Assembly (NCBI GenBank): GCA_963836755.1
Contig: CAWIKF010000002.1
Span: forward strand, 672,001 to 736,000
Length of the DNA: 64,000 bases
DNA from: an uncultured Verrucomicrobiae bacterium
GTDB lineage: Bacteria > Verrucomicrobiota > Verrucomicrobiia > Chthoniobacterales > Chthoniobacteraceae
Direction: 5' to 3'
The notes under the pieces are model-generated. The model saw only the letters and a list, made by a program, of their open reading frames with translations. It was not told where the DNA came from and ran no database searches. Every line of letters starts with the position of its first letter. Positions within the stretch are counted from its first letter, which is position 1. The position numbers were made by a program, and so were the translations under genes. Below are positions 26,487 through 36,000 of this stretch, in pieces.

Positions 26487-29327
26487 ATGCCTCTTTCGTG
26501 GAATGAGATCAAACACCGCGCCATTGCCTTTTCAAAGGACTGGAAAGACGAGACGCGCGAAGACGCCGAAGCCAAATCTTTTTGGGATGCCTTCTTTAAC
26601 GTCTTCGGCGTCCAGCGCCGCACCGTGGCGAGCTTTGAAGAGCCGGTAAAAAAGCTCACGGGAGATTGGGCTTACATTGATCTTTTCTGGCCCGGCACGT
26701 TGCTCGCGGAGCACAAAAGCGCGGGCAAAGACCTTGGCAAAGCGCACGCGCAAGGCATGGAATACATTCGCGCGCTCGCCAGTAGTGGACGGGGCAAGGA
26801 ATCGCCGCGCTACCTCATCGTTTCCGATTTCCAGCGCATCGCCATTCACGATCTTGAACCGGAGCAAGACCCCGACGCGCCGCTCTTCAATCGCCTTCCG
26901 CCTTCATTCGAGTTTCCCCTTGCCGATTTTCACAAACACATCCGCCACTTTTTTTTCATCGCGGGTTACAAGCAACATAAGCTCAACCCCGAAGACCCCG
27001 CGAACGAGGAAGCAACGCAGCTCATGTGCGACTTGCACGATGCGTTGGAGGAAGGCGAATACGGCACCGACGCCACGGGCCGCGCGGGCCACGAACTAAA
27101 GCAATTCCTTGTCCGCTTGCTCTTCTGTCTCTTCGGCGAAGACAACGGCATTTTCCCGACGCGCGCCTTTCAACTCTACATCGAAGACCACACCGCCGCC
27201 GACGGCTCCGACCTTGGCCCGAAGCTAGGCCAGCTTTTCGACGTGCTCAATACCGCCGAAGATCGCCGCCAGAAAAATCTCGACCCCGACCTACTCCAAT
27301 TCGCTTACATCAATGGCGACCTATTCGCCGAGCGCCTTGCCCTTCCCGCCTTCACAAGCAAGATGCGCGGGAAGCTACTCGCTTGCGCAACATTTGAGTG
27401 GTCGCGCATTTCTCCCGCCGTTTTCGGCAGTCTCTTTCAAGCCGTCATGGAGCCGCGCGAGCGCCGCCAAATCGGTGCGCACTACACCGCCGAGCGCAAT
27501 ATCATGAAAGTTGTCCGCTCGCTTTTTCTCGATGAACTGCGCGCGGAATTTGAAGCGGCAAAGCGCGATAAATCCGGGCGCGGAAAAAGTCGCTTGATCG
27601 CGCTGCAAAAGAAACTCGCCTCGCTTCGTTTCCTAGACCCCGCGTGCGGTTGCGGCAATTTCCTTGTCATCACCTACCGCGAATTGCGCGCCCTGGAACT
27701 GGAAATCCTTCTCGCACTTCACGCCGGCCAGCAGCAAATGGGCGAAGCCGACGTTTTCAATCTCTCGCTCATTGACGTTGACCAAATGTTCGGGATTGAG
27801 ATTGAGGAATTCCCCGCGCGCATCGCCGAAGTCGCCCTTTGGCTCACCGACCACCAAGCCAACGTGCGCCTGTCCGAAGCCTTCGGCCAATTCTACAAGC
27901 GCATCCCGCTCCGCAAAAGCCCGCACATTCACGTTGCCAACGCGCTCCGGCTCGACTGGCGCACCGTGCTCGCGCCCTCGCAATGCAGCTACATTCTCGG
28001 CAACCCGCCATTCGTGGGGAAGCACTATCAAAGCACAGCGCAGCGCGCCGACATGGTTGCGTTGCTGCCGGAGTTTGGAAACGTGGGCGACCTCGATTTT
28101 GTCAGCGGATGGTATTTCAAAGCCGCCGACTACATCCAAGGCACCGAGATCAGAGTCGGCCTCGTTTCCACCAATTCCATCACGCAAGGCGAGCAAGTCA
28201 GCATCCTATGGCCCGCGCTTTTCGACCGCTTTAAGATCAAGCTTCACTTCGCGCACCGCACCTTTGCATGGGTGAGCGAAGCGCGAGGAAAAGCGCACGT
28301 CCACGTTGTCATTATCGGATTTGGCGCTGGCGACGTGCCGACGAAACGAATCACGGACTACGACACTGACGCGGAACACCCTACAATTTCAGTCGTTAGC
28401 AACATCAGCCCATATCTCACCGAAGGCTCGAATACCGTTGTCCGCAAAGAACGCAACCCCGTCGGGCCTGTGCCTGAGATGCGCTGTGGAAACAAGCCGA
28501 GCGATGGCGGTAATTTCATTCTCACAGAAGAGGAGAAAGCAGACTTCGTTAGCAATGAACCCGGTGCGGCCAAATTTCTTCGCCCCTATATCGGGGCCGA
28601 AGAATTCATCAATGGATGGCAGCGCTGGTGCCTGTGGCTCAAAGACGCCACGCCTTCAGAGTTGCGTGCCTTGCCGACGGTAATGATGCGAGTTGAAGCT
28701 ATTCGCGATTTCCGCCTCAAAAGCACGGCTGCCCCGACGCGCAAAATGGCATCAATGCCCACGCGGTTCTTTTTCGAGTCACAGCCCGCAACGGATTACA
28801 TACTTATCCCCGAAGTGTCTTCGGAGCGACGAAACTACATTCCTATTGGCTTCGTCTCGAAAGCGGTAATTTCGGCAAACACAAATTTCCTCATCCCATC
28901 AGCCGACCTTTTCCTCTTCGGCGTGCTTACTTCCGCGATGCACATGGTTTGGGTTCGCCAAATTGGCGGTCGGCTAAAATCGGATTACCGATATTCGGGC
29001 AGTCTTGTCTATAACACGTTCCCATGGCCCGAAGCCCCCACGCCCGCACAGCGCAGCGCCGTTGAGAAAGCAGCCCAGCGCGTGCTCGACGCCCGCGCAG
29101 TTTTTCCCAGCGCTTCTCTTGCCGACCTTTACGACCCGCTCGCCATGCCGCCCGCCCTTGCCGCCGCCCACTCCGCGCTCGATAAGGCCGTGGACAAATG
29201 CTATCGCAGCGAAGCCTTTGCAAGCGATCGCGCGCGAGTTGAACACCTTTTCGCCCTTTACGAAAAACTTACCGCGCCTCTCGCACCAACTGCTAAAACG
29301 CGCCGCAAAACGCGCCAAATGACTTGA
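26487..29327 (+). CDS. MmeI-like single-chain type IIL/IIG restriction-modification enzyme
   Basis: MPLSWNEIK start, nuclease motif YIDLFWPG..AEHK, MTase motif I LDPACGCGNF, motif IV GNPPF, GGRLKSDYRYS..YNTFPWP, LADLYDP. Confidence 0.92.
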   Translation: MPLSWNEIKHRAIAFSKDWKDETREDAEAKSFWDAFFNVFGVQRRTVASFEEPVKKLTGDWAYIDLFWPGTLLAEHKSAGKDLGKAHAQGMEYIRALASSGRGKESPRYLIVSDFQRIAIHDLEPEQDPDAPLFNRLPPSFEFPLADFHKHIRHFFFIAGYKQHKLNPEDPANEEATQLMCDLHDALEEGEYGTDATGRAGHELKQFLVRLLFCLFGEDNGIFPTRAFQLYIEDHTAADGSDLGPKLGQLFDVLNTAEDRRQKNLDPDLLQFAYINGDLFAERLALPAFTSKMRGKLLACATFEWSRISPAVFGSLFQAVMEPRERRQIGAHYTAERNIMKVVRSLFLDELRAEFEAAKRDKSGRGKSRLIALQKKLASLRFLDPACGCGNFLVITYRELRALELEILLALHAGQQQMGEADVFNLSLIDVDQMFGIEIEEFPARIAEVALWLTDHQANVRLSEAFGQFYKRIPLRKSPHIHVANALRLDWRTVLAPSQCSYILGNPPFVGKHYQSTAQRADMVALLPEFGNVGDLDFVSGWYFKAADYIQGTEIRVGLVSTNSITQGEQVSILWPALFDRFKIKLHFAHRTFAWVSEARGKAHVHVVIIGFGAGDVPTKRITDYDTDAEHPTISVVSNISPYLTEGSNTVVRKERNPVGPVPEMRCGNKPSDGGNFILTEEEKADFVSNEPGAAKFLRPYIGAEEFINGWQRWCLWLKDATPSELRALPTVMMRVEAIRDFRLKSTAAPTRKMASMPTRFFFESQPATDYILIPEVSSERRNYIPIGFVSKAVISANTNFLIPSADLFLFGVLTSAMHMVWVRQIGGRLKSDYRYSGSLVYNTFPWPEAPTPAQRSAVEKAAQRVLDARAVFPSASLADLYDPLAMPPALAAAHSALDKAVDKCYRSEAFASDRARVEHLFALYEKLTAPLAPTAKTRRKTRQMT

Positions 29328-29345
29328 TTTCTAAGTGGATTGCCT

Positions 29346-29440
29346 TTGTCTCTCGTCTCATCCCCTAAAGGGGTAATGAGACACGAGACACTCTCATCCT
29401 TTGTCTCTTGAGATTTGTGTGAGACAAAGAATGAGACAAC
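29346..29440. repeat. Cluster of GAGACA/TGTCTC direct and inverted repeats; putative replication origin of the element
   Basis: At least 6 copies of GAGACA/TGTCTC forming two inverted-repeat pairs directly downstream of the helicase gene. Confidence 0.6.
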
Positions 29441-29455
29441 CGGAATTTCTATTTG

Positions 29456-30526
29456 TCACCGGGGGAAACATCGCTTGGATTCTTCATCGTAGCGGATGAG
29501 TCCTTTGCTGATAGCATCGTCCACAACTCGATTGCCTTGCGCCCGGCTTACTTTGGTTTGTGCTTCCGCCTTTTTCACCAAGTCTGCTTTTGAGTTTCCC
29601 GTTTCATCCACTAGCGCGGCCATTTGCTCTGCCGTGCATTTCTTTTTTGGCTTTCCGGCAATCGCATCCTTCCATGCGTCAAAATTGAAATCGCGAACAA
29701 CTTCATAAATCATCGTCCCGGAATTCAGCCGCACCGCGAACGGCGGGAACTCGCGCCCGTTGGAATTCTTACCACAACTCACAACCAAGGTTTCATTGTC
29801 AGTCTCAGAACCGGGCGCGAGATTGATTTGCGCGCGCGTCAACGCGAGCAACACCTTTGAGTTCCGGCCAAAGGAACTACGGTCAAAGCCAGTTGCCTTT
29901 GCAGCTCCCGCGCGTCCCGTGAGGGAATGATGAAGCACAACAAGGGCGCGGTTGGCGTTTCCCTGTTTCACTATTTGCGCGAGCTTTAGGCACACCCAGC
30001 GCATGTCTGCATCACTGTTCAAATCGCCTAGCGAAAAAGCGTTCAATGGGTCGAAGACGACAATATCCGGCTGGAATTTTTTAATCGCGGCGCGAATTCG
30101 ACCTTCCGAAGACTCGATATTTACAAGCGAGTCCTCATCCGTTTCGAGTGTGTGTATGAGCAGCTTGTCGTCAATTTCGGGCCAACGATTCCCCGCCCAT
30201 TGCTTCAATTTTTCAAAGTCAGAACGCAACCGGCGATTACTGTTTTCCGTTTGAATGATGAGCCACTTTCGCGGTCGCCCATGCGTCGGTAAGCTAATGA
30301 AAGCTACGCCGAGAATCTGGCAAGCTGCTAACTGCAAAAGTAGTCGAGACTTCCCGATGCCGCCTTGCCCGCAAATCGTGAACAGTTGAGTCTCGGCAAG
30401 CAATCGGTCGCCGAGAATCATGTCAGAATCGCCGAAGCTCATCGCCAAGATTTCGCTCGGCTTGCGCAAGGTAAATTCGCACGGCGCGTCCTGAGCCTTC
30501 GGCGTTTCCTCTGCCTCACGTTTCAT
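29456..30526 (-). CDS. RepA-like AAA/RecA-fold replicative helicase (AAA_25-type)
   Basis: Walker A GQGGIGKS, Walker B VVFDP, VVLHH, possible C-terminal HTH. Confidence 0.8.
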   Translation of the reverse strand: MKREAEETPKAQDAPCEFTLRKPSEILAMSFGDSDMILGDRLLAETQLFTICGQGGIGKSRLLLQLAACQILGVAFISLPTHGRPRKWLIIQTENSNRRLRSDFEKLKQWAGNRWPEIDDKLLIHTLETDEDSLVNIESSEGRIRAAIKKFQPDIVVFDPLNAFSLGDLNSDADMRWVCLKLAQIVKQGNANRALVVLHHSLTGRAGAAKATGFDRSSFGRNSKVLLALTRAQINLAPGSETDNETLVVSCGKNSNGREFPPFAVRLNSGTMIYEVVRDFNFDAWKDAIAGKPKKKCTAEQMAALVDETGNSKADLVKKAEAQTKVSRAQGNRVVDDAISKGLIRYDEESKRCFPR

Positions 30527-30538
30527 AACTGCGCCGAT

Positions 30539-30856
30539 TTAATTCTCCCCGCCTTCCGCGTTGCGGTGTAGATAGTCGAGCAGGCTTTGCAGATGAATCA
30601 GCCGCGCGCCTTTGACAGCGCCGGGCTTGCGCAAACAAACTGACTTTACCGGCGGCTTGAACTCGTTCGTCGCGTTAGGCGTGATGAGTTCATACAATTT
30701 CGCGCGGCTCAGTCCCGTGAAAGGTTCCAGCCCGCCTTTAGGTGGCCGAATAAATTCCGGGCGCGTAGGCTCCGCAGCGTTTGCCGATGCTGCGATGATC
30801 GGGGCCACGGTAGTTTGAGCATGGCCGCTCTTGGTGTCTTTAGTGGTGCGTGACAT
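30539..30856 (-). CDS. AlpA/excisionase-like small DNA-binding protein
   Basis: TGLSRAKLYELI..KSVCLRKPG..GARLIHLQSLLDYL; lies between the integrase and rep genes. Confidence 0.65.
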   Translation of the reverse strand: MSRTTKDTKSGHAQTTVAPIIAASANAAEPTRPEFIRPPKGGLEPFTGLSRAKLYELITPNATNEFKPPVKSVCLRKPGAVKGARLIHLQSLLDYLHRNAEGGEN

Positions 30857-30900
30857 GCCCGGATAATCGCACGGGCACTTTTTGCGTTGCGGAGACTACC

Positions 30901-30971
30901 GAAAAGCTAAAGGCAGAGTTGGAAAAGCTATTTGCATCACTGGAAAAGCCAATCGGCACTTACGGAAAGCC
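30901..30971. promoter_or_regulatory. Four direct repeats with 21-bp phasing upstream of the alpA-like gene
   Basis: GAAAAGC at 30901, 30922 and 30943; GGAAAGC at 30964. Confidence 0.5.
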
Positions 30972-31020
30972 GAATTCATTTTTGCGACTTAGAACCCGCA
31001 CCAAGAATTTTTTTCGACTA

Positions 31021-31617
31021 TTATTGCCCCTTCCTAGGTCGCCCGCCTTTTCTGCCTTTCTCGTATGCCTGAAAACGTCGCATCAAAACCACATGCGAAG
31101 CGATGGCCTGTTTCAAGTCGATCAAACGGTGTTGGCCGAATCCGGTTTGTCGATCCTCGGCTATTCGCGTGGAAATCCACGCTTCATTCGCGGCTTGCTT
31201 GGCGTCCACCGGCGGAGCTTGTAATGTGCTGACTTGCTCGTGGGTAAGCTCATGAGGCATCCCTATAGCAACAAGACGAGAATTGGCGGTAAGATAGGAT
31301 CGATAAAGCCTGACGGCCTCCGTCTCTGTTTTCTTGCCAGTGATATAAAAGAGCCCTTTACGAAATGGCAGATGCTTCGGCGATTCTTCCGATAACTTTT
31401 CCGCTTTTTGGCGCGCGCGAAGCATAATCATTCTTCCCTCAATCGTTTTACTCACAGCGTCGAGAAAGTTAATCGCACGATCCGCCGCCGCTTTATCGCT
31501 ACTGCTTCCATCTACAAAGTGCGCGGCTATAGTAGCAACCAATTCCAAAGAGTAGCGAAACTTCGGCTCATCAGTCGTCTCCGCCGGTTTGCCCGGATTG
31601 GCTGGAATCTTTGCCAT
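31021..31617 (-). CDS. Hypothetical protein with C-terminal AT-hook-like motif
   Basis: Starts 3 bp after the integrase stop; ends KGRKGGRPRKGQ. Confidence 0.6.
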   Translation of the reverse strand: MAKIPANPGKPAETTDEPKFRYSLELVATIAAHFVDGSSSDKAAADRAINFLDAVSKTIEGRMIMLRARQKAEKLSEESPKHLPFRKGLFYITGKKTETEAVRLYRSYLTANSRLVAIGMPHELTHEQVSTLQAPPVDAKQAANEAWISTRIAEDRQTGFGQHRLIDLKQAIASHVVLMRRFQAYEKGRKGGRPRKGQ

Positions 31618-31620
31618 AGG

Positions 31621-32832
31621 TTAAGCCGCCTTCCTTTTCCGCTGAATGCCGGGAATCACAGCGACCGCCGCGCGGAGCGGTTCAAGCTCCAAGTGCGTGT
31701 AACCTTTGTTCATATCCGCCGACGTGTGGCCCATGACTTTCATGCGGACTTCCTGAGAGACGCCCGCGTTCGCCATTGCCGTGTTGCAGCTATGCCGCAA
31801 GCTGTGAAAACTCAGCGCGCGCACCGTGCGCCCTTTGCCGCCCTTGCTCGCCGCGTGCAAAACTTCGCCGACAACGCCCGCCCGCGCCATGATGCGCGCG
31901 AACGTCATCGAAAGGCCACTCCGCCCGCCTGTGCCACGGCCCGCGAGCTTCGCGAACACGAACGCCTTGCCGCTGTCCGGCGCGGGCAATTCGAGCAAGT
32001 AGCTTTCAAGCTCCGCGTGCATCGGAATCGTGACGAGCTTGCCCGTCTTTTCCGCGCGGTAAGTGATCGCCTTGCCGGGCAAGTCGATTGCATTCCAAGT
32101 CATATTTGCCACGTCGCCCAGCCGCGCGCCGCTGAAGTAGGCCAAGAGAATCGCGCCGCGCCATTCCGCGCCCGCTTCAAAAACCGGCTTGCCATGCTCG
32201 CGCGCAATGGCCGCGTCCAAAAGCGCCTCGACTTGCTCCGGTGTGAACACGGCGCGTTGCGTCTCGCCGCCGTCTTCGCCTTTCGCCGTGGCGGGAAGCT
32301 CGACGGCTTCCGCCGGGTTGTGCGTGATGATGCCTTGCCGACGCGCCGCGTTGAACGGGATGCGCAGTTGCTTCACGAGATAGCGCACGGTGTTTGGATG
32401 TTTCCCGCTTTCAATCTGCGCGTCGCGATAGCCCGCCACGTCTTTCGAGCCAATGGCCGCGATGTTCAACCGCGCGCGCGCGCCAAGGTGAGCAACGAAG
32501 CTGTCAACCGTGTGCGCGTATTTCGTGTGCGTGTTTTCAGACTTGGAAACCTCTTTCCCGCGCAACCAATCGCGAAGCCAGCCTTCCGCCGTGTAGAAAG
32601 CGACTGTCTCGCCGCTCGTGCGCTCCAAAACTTCGCCGATAAGCTCGCGCGCCCGCGTTTCCGTGAGCGTCCCGCGCGCGGCCATGTTCTCCGCGCGTTG
32701 CAAGGTAAGGCAGAATTCCAGCGCTTTCGCGCGGTCTGTTTCGCCCGTCGATTTTTTGAGCCGCTGTCCGCTCGCGGAAGAATAGCAGCAATACCAGAAC
32801 GGGGACTTTGTGCGTTTGTTGATTGAAGGCAT
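31621..32832 (-). CDS. Tyrosine recombinase/integrase
   Basis: SGARLGD (R), EKT (K), FHSLRH, MGH, GYTH (Y); N-terminal arm-binding-like KSTGETDR; start taken as MPSINK at 32832. Confidence 0.93.
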   Translation of the reverse strand: MPSINKRTKSPFWYCCYSSASGQRLKKSTGETDRAKALEFCLTLQRAENMAARGTLTETRARELIGEVLERTSGETVAFYTAEGWLRDWLRGKEVSKSENTHTKYAHTVDSFVAHLGARARLNIAAIGSKDVAGYRDAQIESGKHPNTVRYLVKQLRIPFNAARRQGIITHNPAEAVELPATAKGEDGGETQRAVFTPEQVEALLDAAIAREHGKPVFEAGAEWRGAILLAYFSGARLGDVANMTWNAIDLPGKAITYRAEKTGKLVTIPMHAELESYLLELPAPDSGKAFVFAKLAGRGTGGRSGLSMTFARIMARAGVVGEVLHAASKGGKGRTVRALSFHSLRHSCNTAMANAGVSQEVRMKVMGHTSADMNKGYTHLELEPLRAAVAVIPGIQRKRKAA

Positions 32833-32851
32833 AAGATTGAACTCCTTTGGT

Positions 32852-32879
32852 AGTGAGAACAATAGTGAGAACGTCCGCC
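32852..32879 (+). repeat. Tandem AGTGAGAAC pair (candidate integrase arm site, right end)
   Basis: AGTGAGAAC at 32852 and 32864, then GTCCGCC. Confidence 0.7.
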
Positions 32880-32953
32880 CGTGTCAATAGCATCTTTGAA
32901 TGTCACGGAATCCTGTATTTATGCGGCTTCGCGAGTCATGTTGATTTGAGGAA

Positions 32954-32988
32954 TGGACACGAGGGTTCGATTCCCTTCACCCGCTCCA
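32954..32988 (+). repeat. Distal att site: duplicated 3' end of tRNA-Gly
   Basis: 35-bp exact copy of 24229-24263. Confidence 0.93.
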
Positions 32989-33069
32989 ATCCACTGATTT
33001 GCCCGGTGCTTTGTAATCAGCAGGTCATCCAAGTCAGAGCGTCACGACTTTCCCGCGCGAGCCGTCGCA

Positions 33070-36000
33070 CTACTTCACGAGCTCAAAAGGTTCGATGTTC
33101 CAACCGCTGACTAGAATCTTGTAGGTGTCCTGCTTCAGCAGCATCCTGTCGAATGCGAGATGGATGTCTCGCTTCTCGTGAGGAAGCAGCGAGACGTAGT
33201 TGTCATCATAGAAAATTGGCAAGACGCGCTCGCCAGGCGCTGAAGACTTGACTACCTTCACGCAAGTCATCATGGCGACATGCGCGGTGGGATTCTCGAG
33301 ATGAACATTCACATCCGTCTTCCCGTTCGCATCGGCTTCATCATAGGAACCTTTGAGGCTGACCTTTGGCATTGTGTTCAAAGCAACGTAGCTTTTTTGC
33401 ATTCCGCGCCAGTAGAAGTTTTCTGAGACAACTTTGGTCCCATTCATTAGCTTCAGCTTTACAAAATGAACGTCGGACAGGTCCTCCGGGAACTTTAGCT
33501 CGAAGCAATCGCTGGCCTTGCCCGACGCATCGATGTCGACTGATGCTTCCTGATGTGACTTTTGCACGCCGTCCAGGTTGTAGAGCCATGCCTCTGCATG
33601 CAATTGGGTAAAAGTCTTTCGTGAGTTATTTGCTACTTTGACTTTGTTGTCGAAGCAATCCCACAGAATGTGAAGTGGCTCATTGGCCAGCCGCGCGCCA
33701 AAATATGCGCCAGTCGGATTCAGATAGTAGTCATAGAATTGGCAAATCAACGAAGGCCATGCCGGGTGCGACATCCATGCCAAGCCGCCGCTGCCGGAGT
33801 TCGCCCGCCATGCTTCAAACATAGCCTTCGCATTCTCCCAATTTTGCAGTTGTGCCTTTTCGCAGAACTCATCGAGACCTTGCGATGGGCCGTATAGGTC
33901 GTTGATCCGCTTTGTATAAATACGATCGCGAGGCTGGGCGAAATCATGCAAGCCCCACATGTCGCTGATCGGCCACAGGTCCTTTGCCGGCATCATCAGT
34001 CTCATGGTATCCGAAGTAGGCACACAGACCAACCCTAGCTCGCTGTGCAGAGTGACTCCGCGATGCTGAAAATAGAAATCGTCATCCTTTGGCTCATAAG
34101 GACCATGTCCACTGACCAAGCCACCCGCGGAATTGGGTATATAGTAGCGTGTCCCGTCGAGCGACGCGGTCTCGGCCGCCATGCCGTGGTCCAGTTCCTT
34201 CGGCGGACCTCCTTCATTCCGTCCGCAATAGAGAGCGAGCGAAGGATGATTGCGAATGCGAGCGATGCGGTCGCGGACGTTCGCCATGAACATTTGGTTA
34301 TCGTCTGGATTCGGTCCATCCGCTGGATTCGCGAGCCAAAAGTCGTTCCAGACCAGGATGCCATACTTATCGCAGGCATCGAAGAACTCCTCTTTGCCAA
34401 CTTGACCTACCCAGTTGCGGATCATGACCATGTTCATTTCCTTGTGTAGGTGAATCGCAGTATCATAATCCTTTGCCTCGTAGCGTAACATGGTTTCATC
34501 CATCCCCCAGTTACCTCCGTTTAACTGGAGATGCTGCCCATTGCAGGATAGCTTCAGAATCCCATCGGAAGTATCATAGGCAAGTTCACGAATACCAAAA
34601 GTGACTACTCTGGTAGAACCCCCGCCTTTTCCAGTAGCTACGTCTAATCTCAGAACTTGCAGAGGCTGGTCGCCGTAACCGTTCGGCCACCATAGCTGAG
34701 GGTCTGCGACTGTTAGCTGAGGAAAAGTGTCTTTGTCCAGCTTGACGAGTTTCGTTTCGCGGCCTTGCAACGGCACCTTTTGGCTGAAGGATACTTTGTC
34801 GAAACTTCCAGTGAGGACTGCATCAACAGGAGTATCTTCCAGATTTTTTAGAGTTACCTCGACTGTTACCGATGCATGGTGCAAATCTTTCGCGACAGTC
34901 GTATGCACAAACGGGTCAACCAAGGCGACCGGTCCAGTCCTTTCCAAGTAAACATGATCCCAGATGCCGATGTCGCGTCCACGAACCGACGGCATCCAAT
35001 TCCAGCCAAGGCTCGCCACAAACGTCGGGCTATCCTTGCCGAGGATTCCTCCGTTATGCGACATGAAGGAGAGACTCTTTTCGTTGGTCGGCCCGGGGTG
35101 TTCACATTTGTGAATCAAAACAGCGAGGACGTTCGTCTTTCCCTGCAACAGCTTGCTGGTGACGTCAAATGCTCCGCGCTGAAATGCCCCGTCGATATGT
35201 CCGACCTTGTCTCCATTGAGGTAGATGTCTGCTTTCCAGTTGATTCCTTCAAAGTTCAAAGAGTAATGCCGGTCCGGTGAAAGCGGTGGCGGCAGAAACT
35301 CCTTGCGATACCAGAAATCATTCTGGAAGAAGGATTCCGAGATGAGGTGTTGCTGGTCGCCAAAGTTTGGATTCGGAAGTGCCCCTGCCAGCAGGTAGCT
35401 GGTGAGAGCTGTTGCAGGCACCTTTGCTGTAAGCCAGAAATCCACGGGATAGGAAGGCTTTGAGATCGCCTCTCCCGCGTCGTGAAGGAAAAGTGTGTTC
35501 TGCAATTTCCAATCAACGCCATCCAGTGAGATCTTCCCTTCCGCGTCTGGAGGTGCTAGGTCCACCACCTTTGCCGCGGGAGATGGCGGTGCCTCTCCTT
35601 CGACTATCAACTCATCGAGCTGGCAGCCTTTGGAAGCGCTCGCCTTGTCAGTAATCATCCGCACATAACGGGCTGTGACTGCTGAAAAGTTCTTGCTGCT
35701 TGTGCTGGAGCTGGAACAGGCGAGATGGACTACGTCATTCCATTTCGAAGGTGTGCCGGATTCATCGGAGACTTGGATGGAGCAACCGGCTGGAGCCAGG
35801 GCTCGCCACTTTAGTTTGATCCCGTCAATTTTTCGAAGTTCGCCTAGGTCGACGTAGATCCACGATTGTTCCTCCGGCTTGCTTTGCCAATAGGTCTCGT
35901 CGCTTCCATCCGTTGCCAATTGCGCGACGTTATCAGTATTGATCGCGCTGGAATGATAGGCTGCTCGATTCCGGGCCAAATCATAGCTTGCGTCCTGTGC

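Larger units (their letters stand above)
24229..32988. mobile_element. ~8.7 kb integrative element (satellite/IME-like) in tRNA-Gly(CCC)
   Basis: Identical 35-bp TGGACACGAGGGTTCGATTCCCTTCACCCGCTCCA at 24229-24263 and 32954-32988; tyrosine integrase next to the distal copy. Confidence 0.92.

Noticed and set aside
31408..32826. 472-aa plus-strand ORF
   Set aside because: Antisense shadow of the integrase
32954..32988. Second tRNA-Gly gene
   Set aside because: Only the 3' 35 nt are present, with no D-arm or anticodon; it is the att duplication
24229..32988. Prophage or ICE call for the island
   Set aside because: No structural, lysis, terminase, relaxase or T4SS genes are visible
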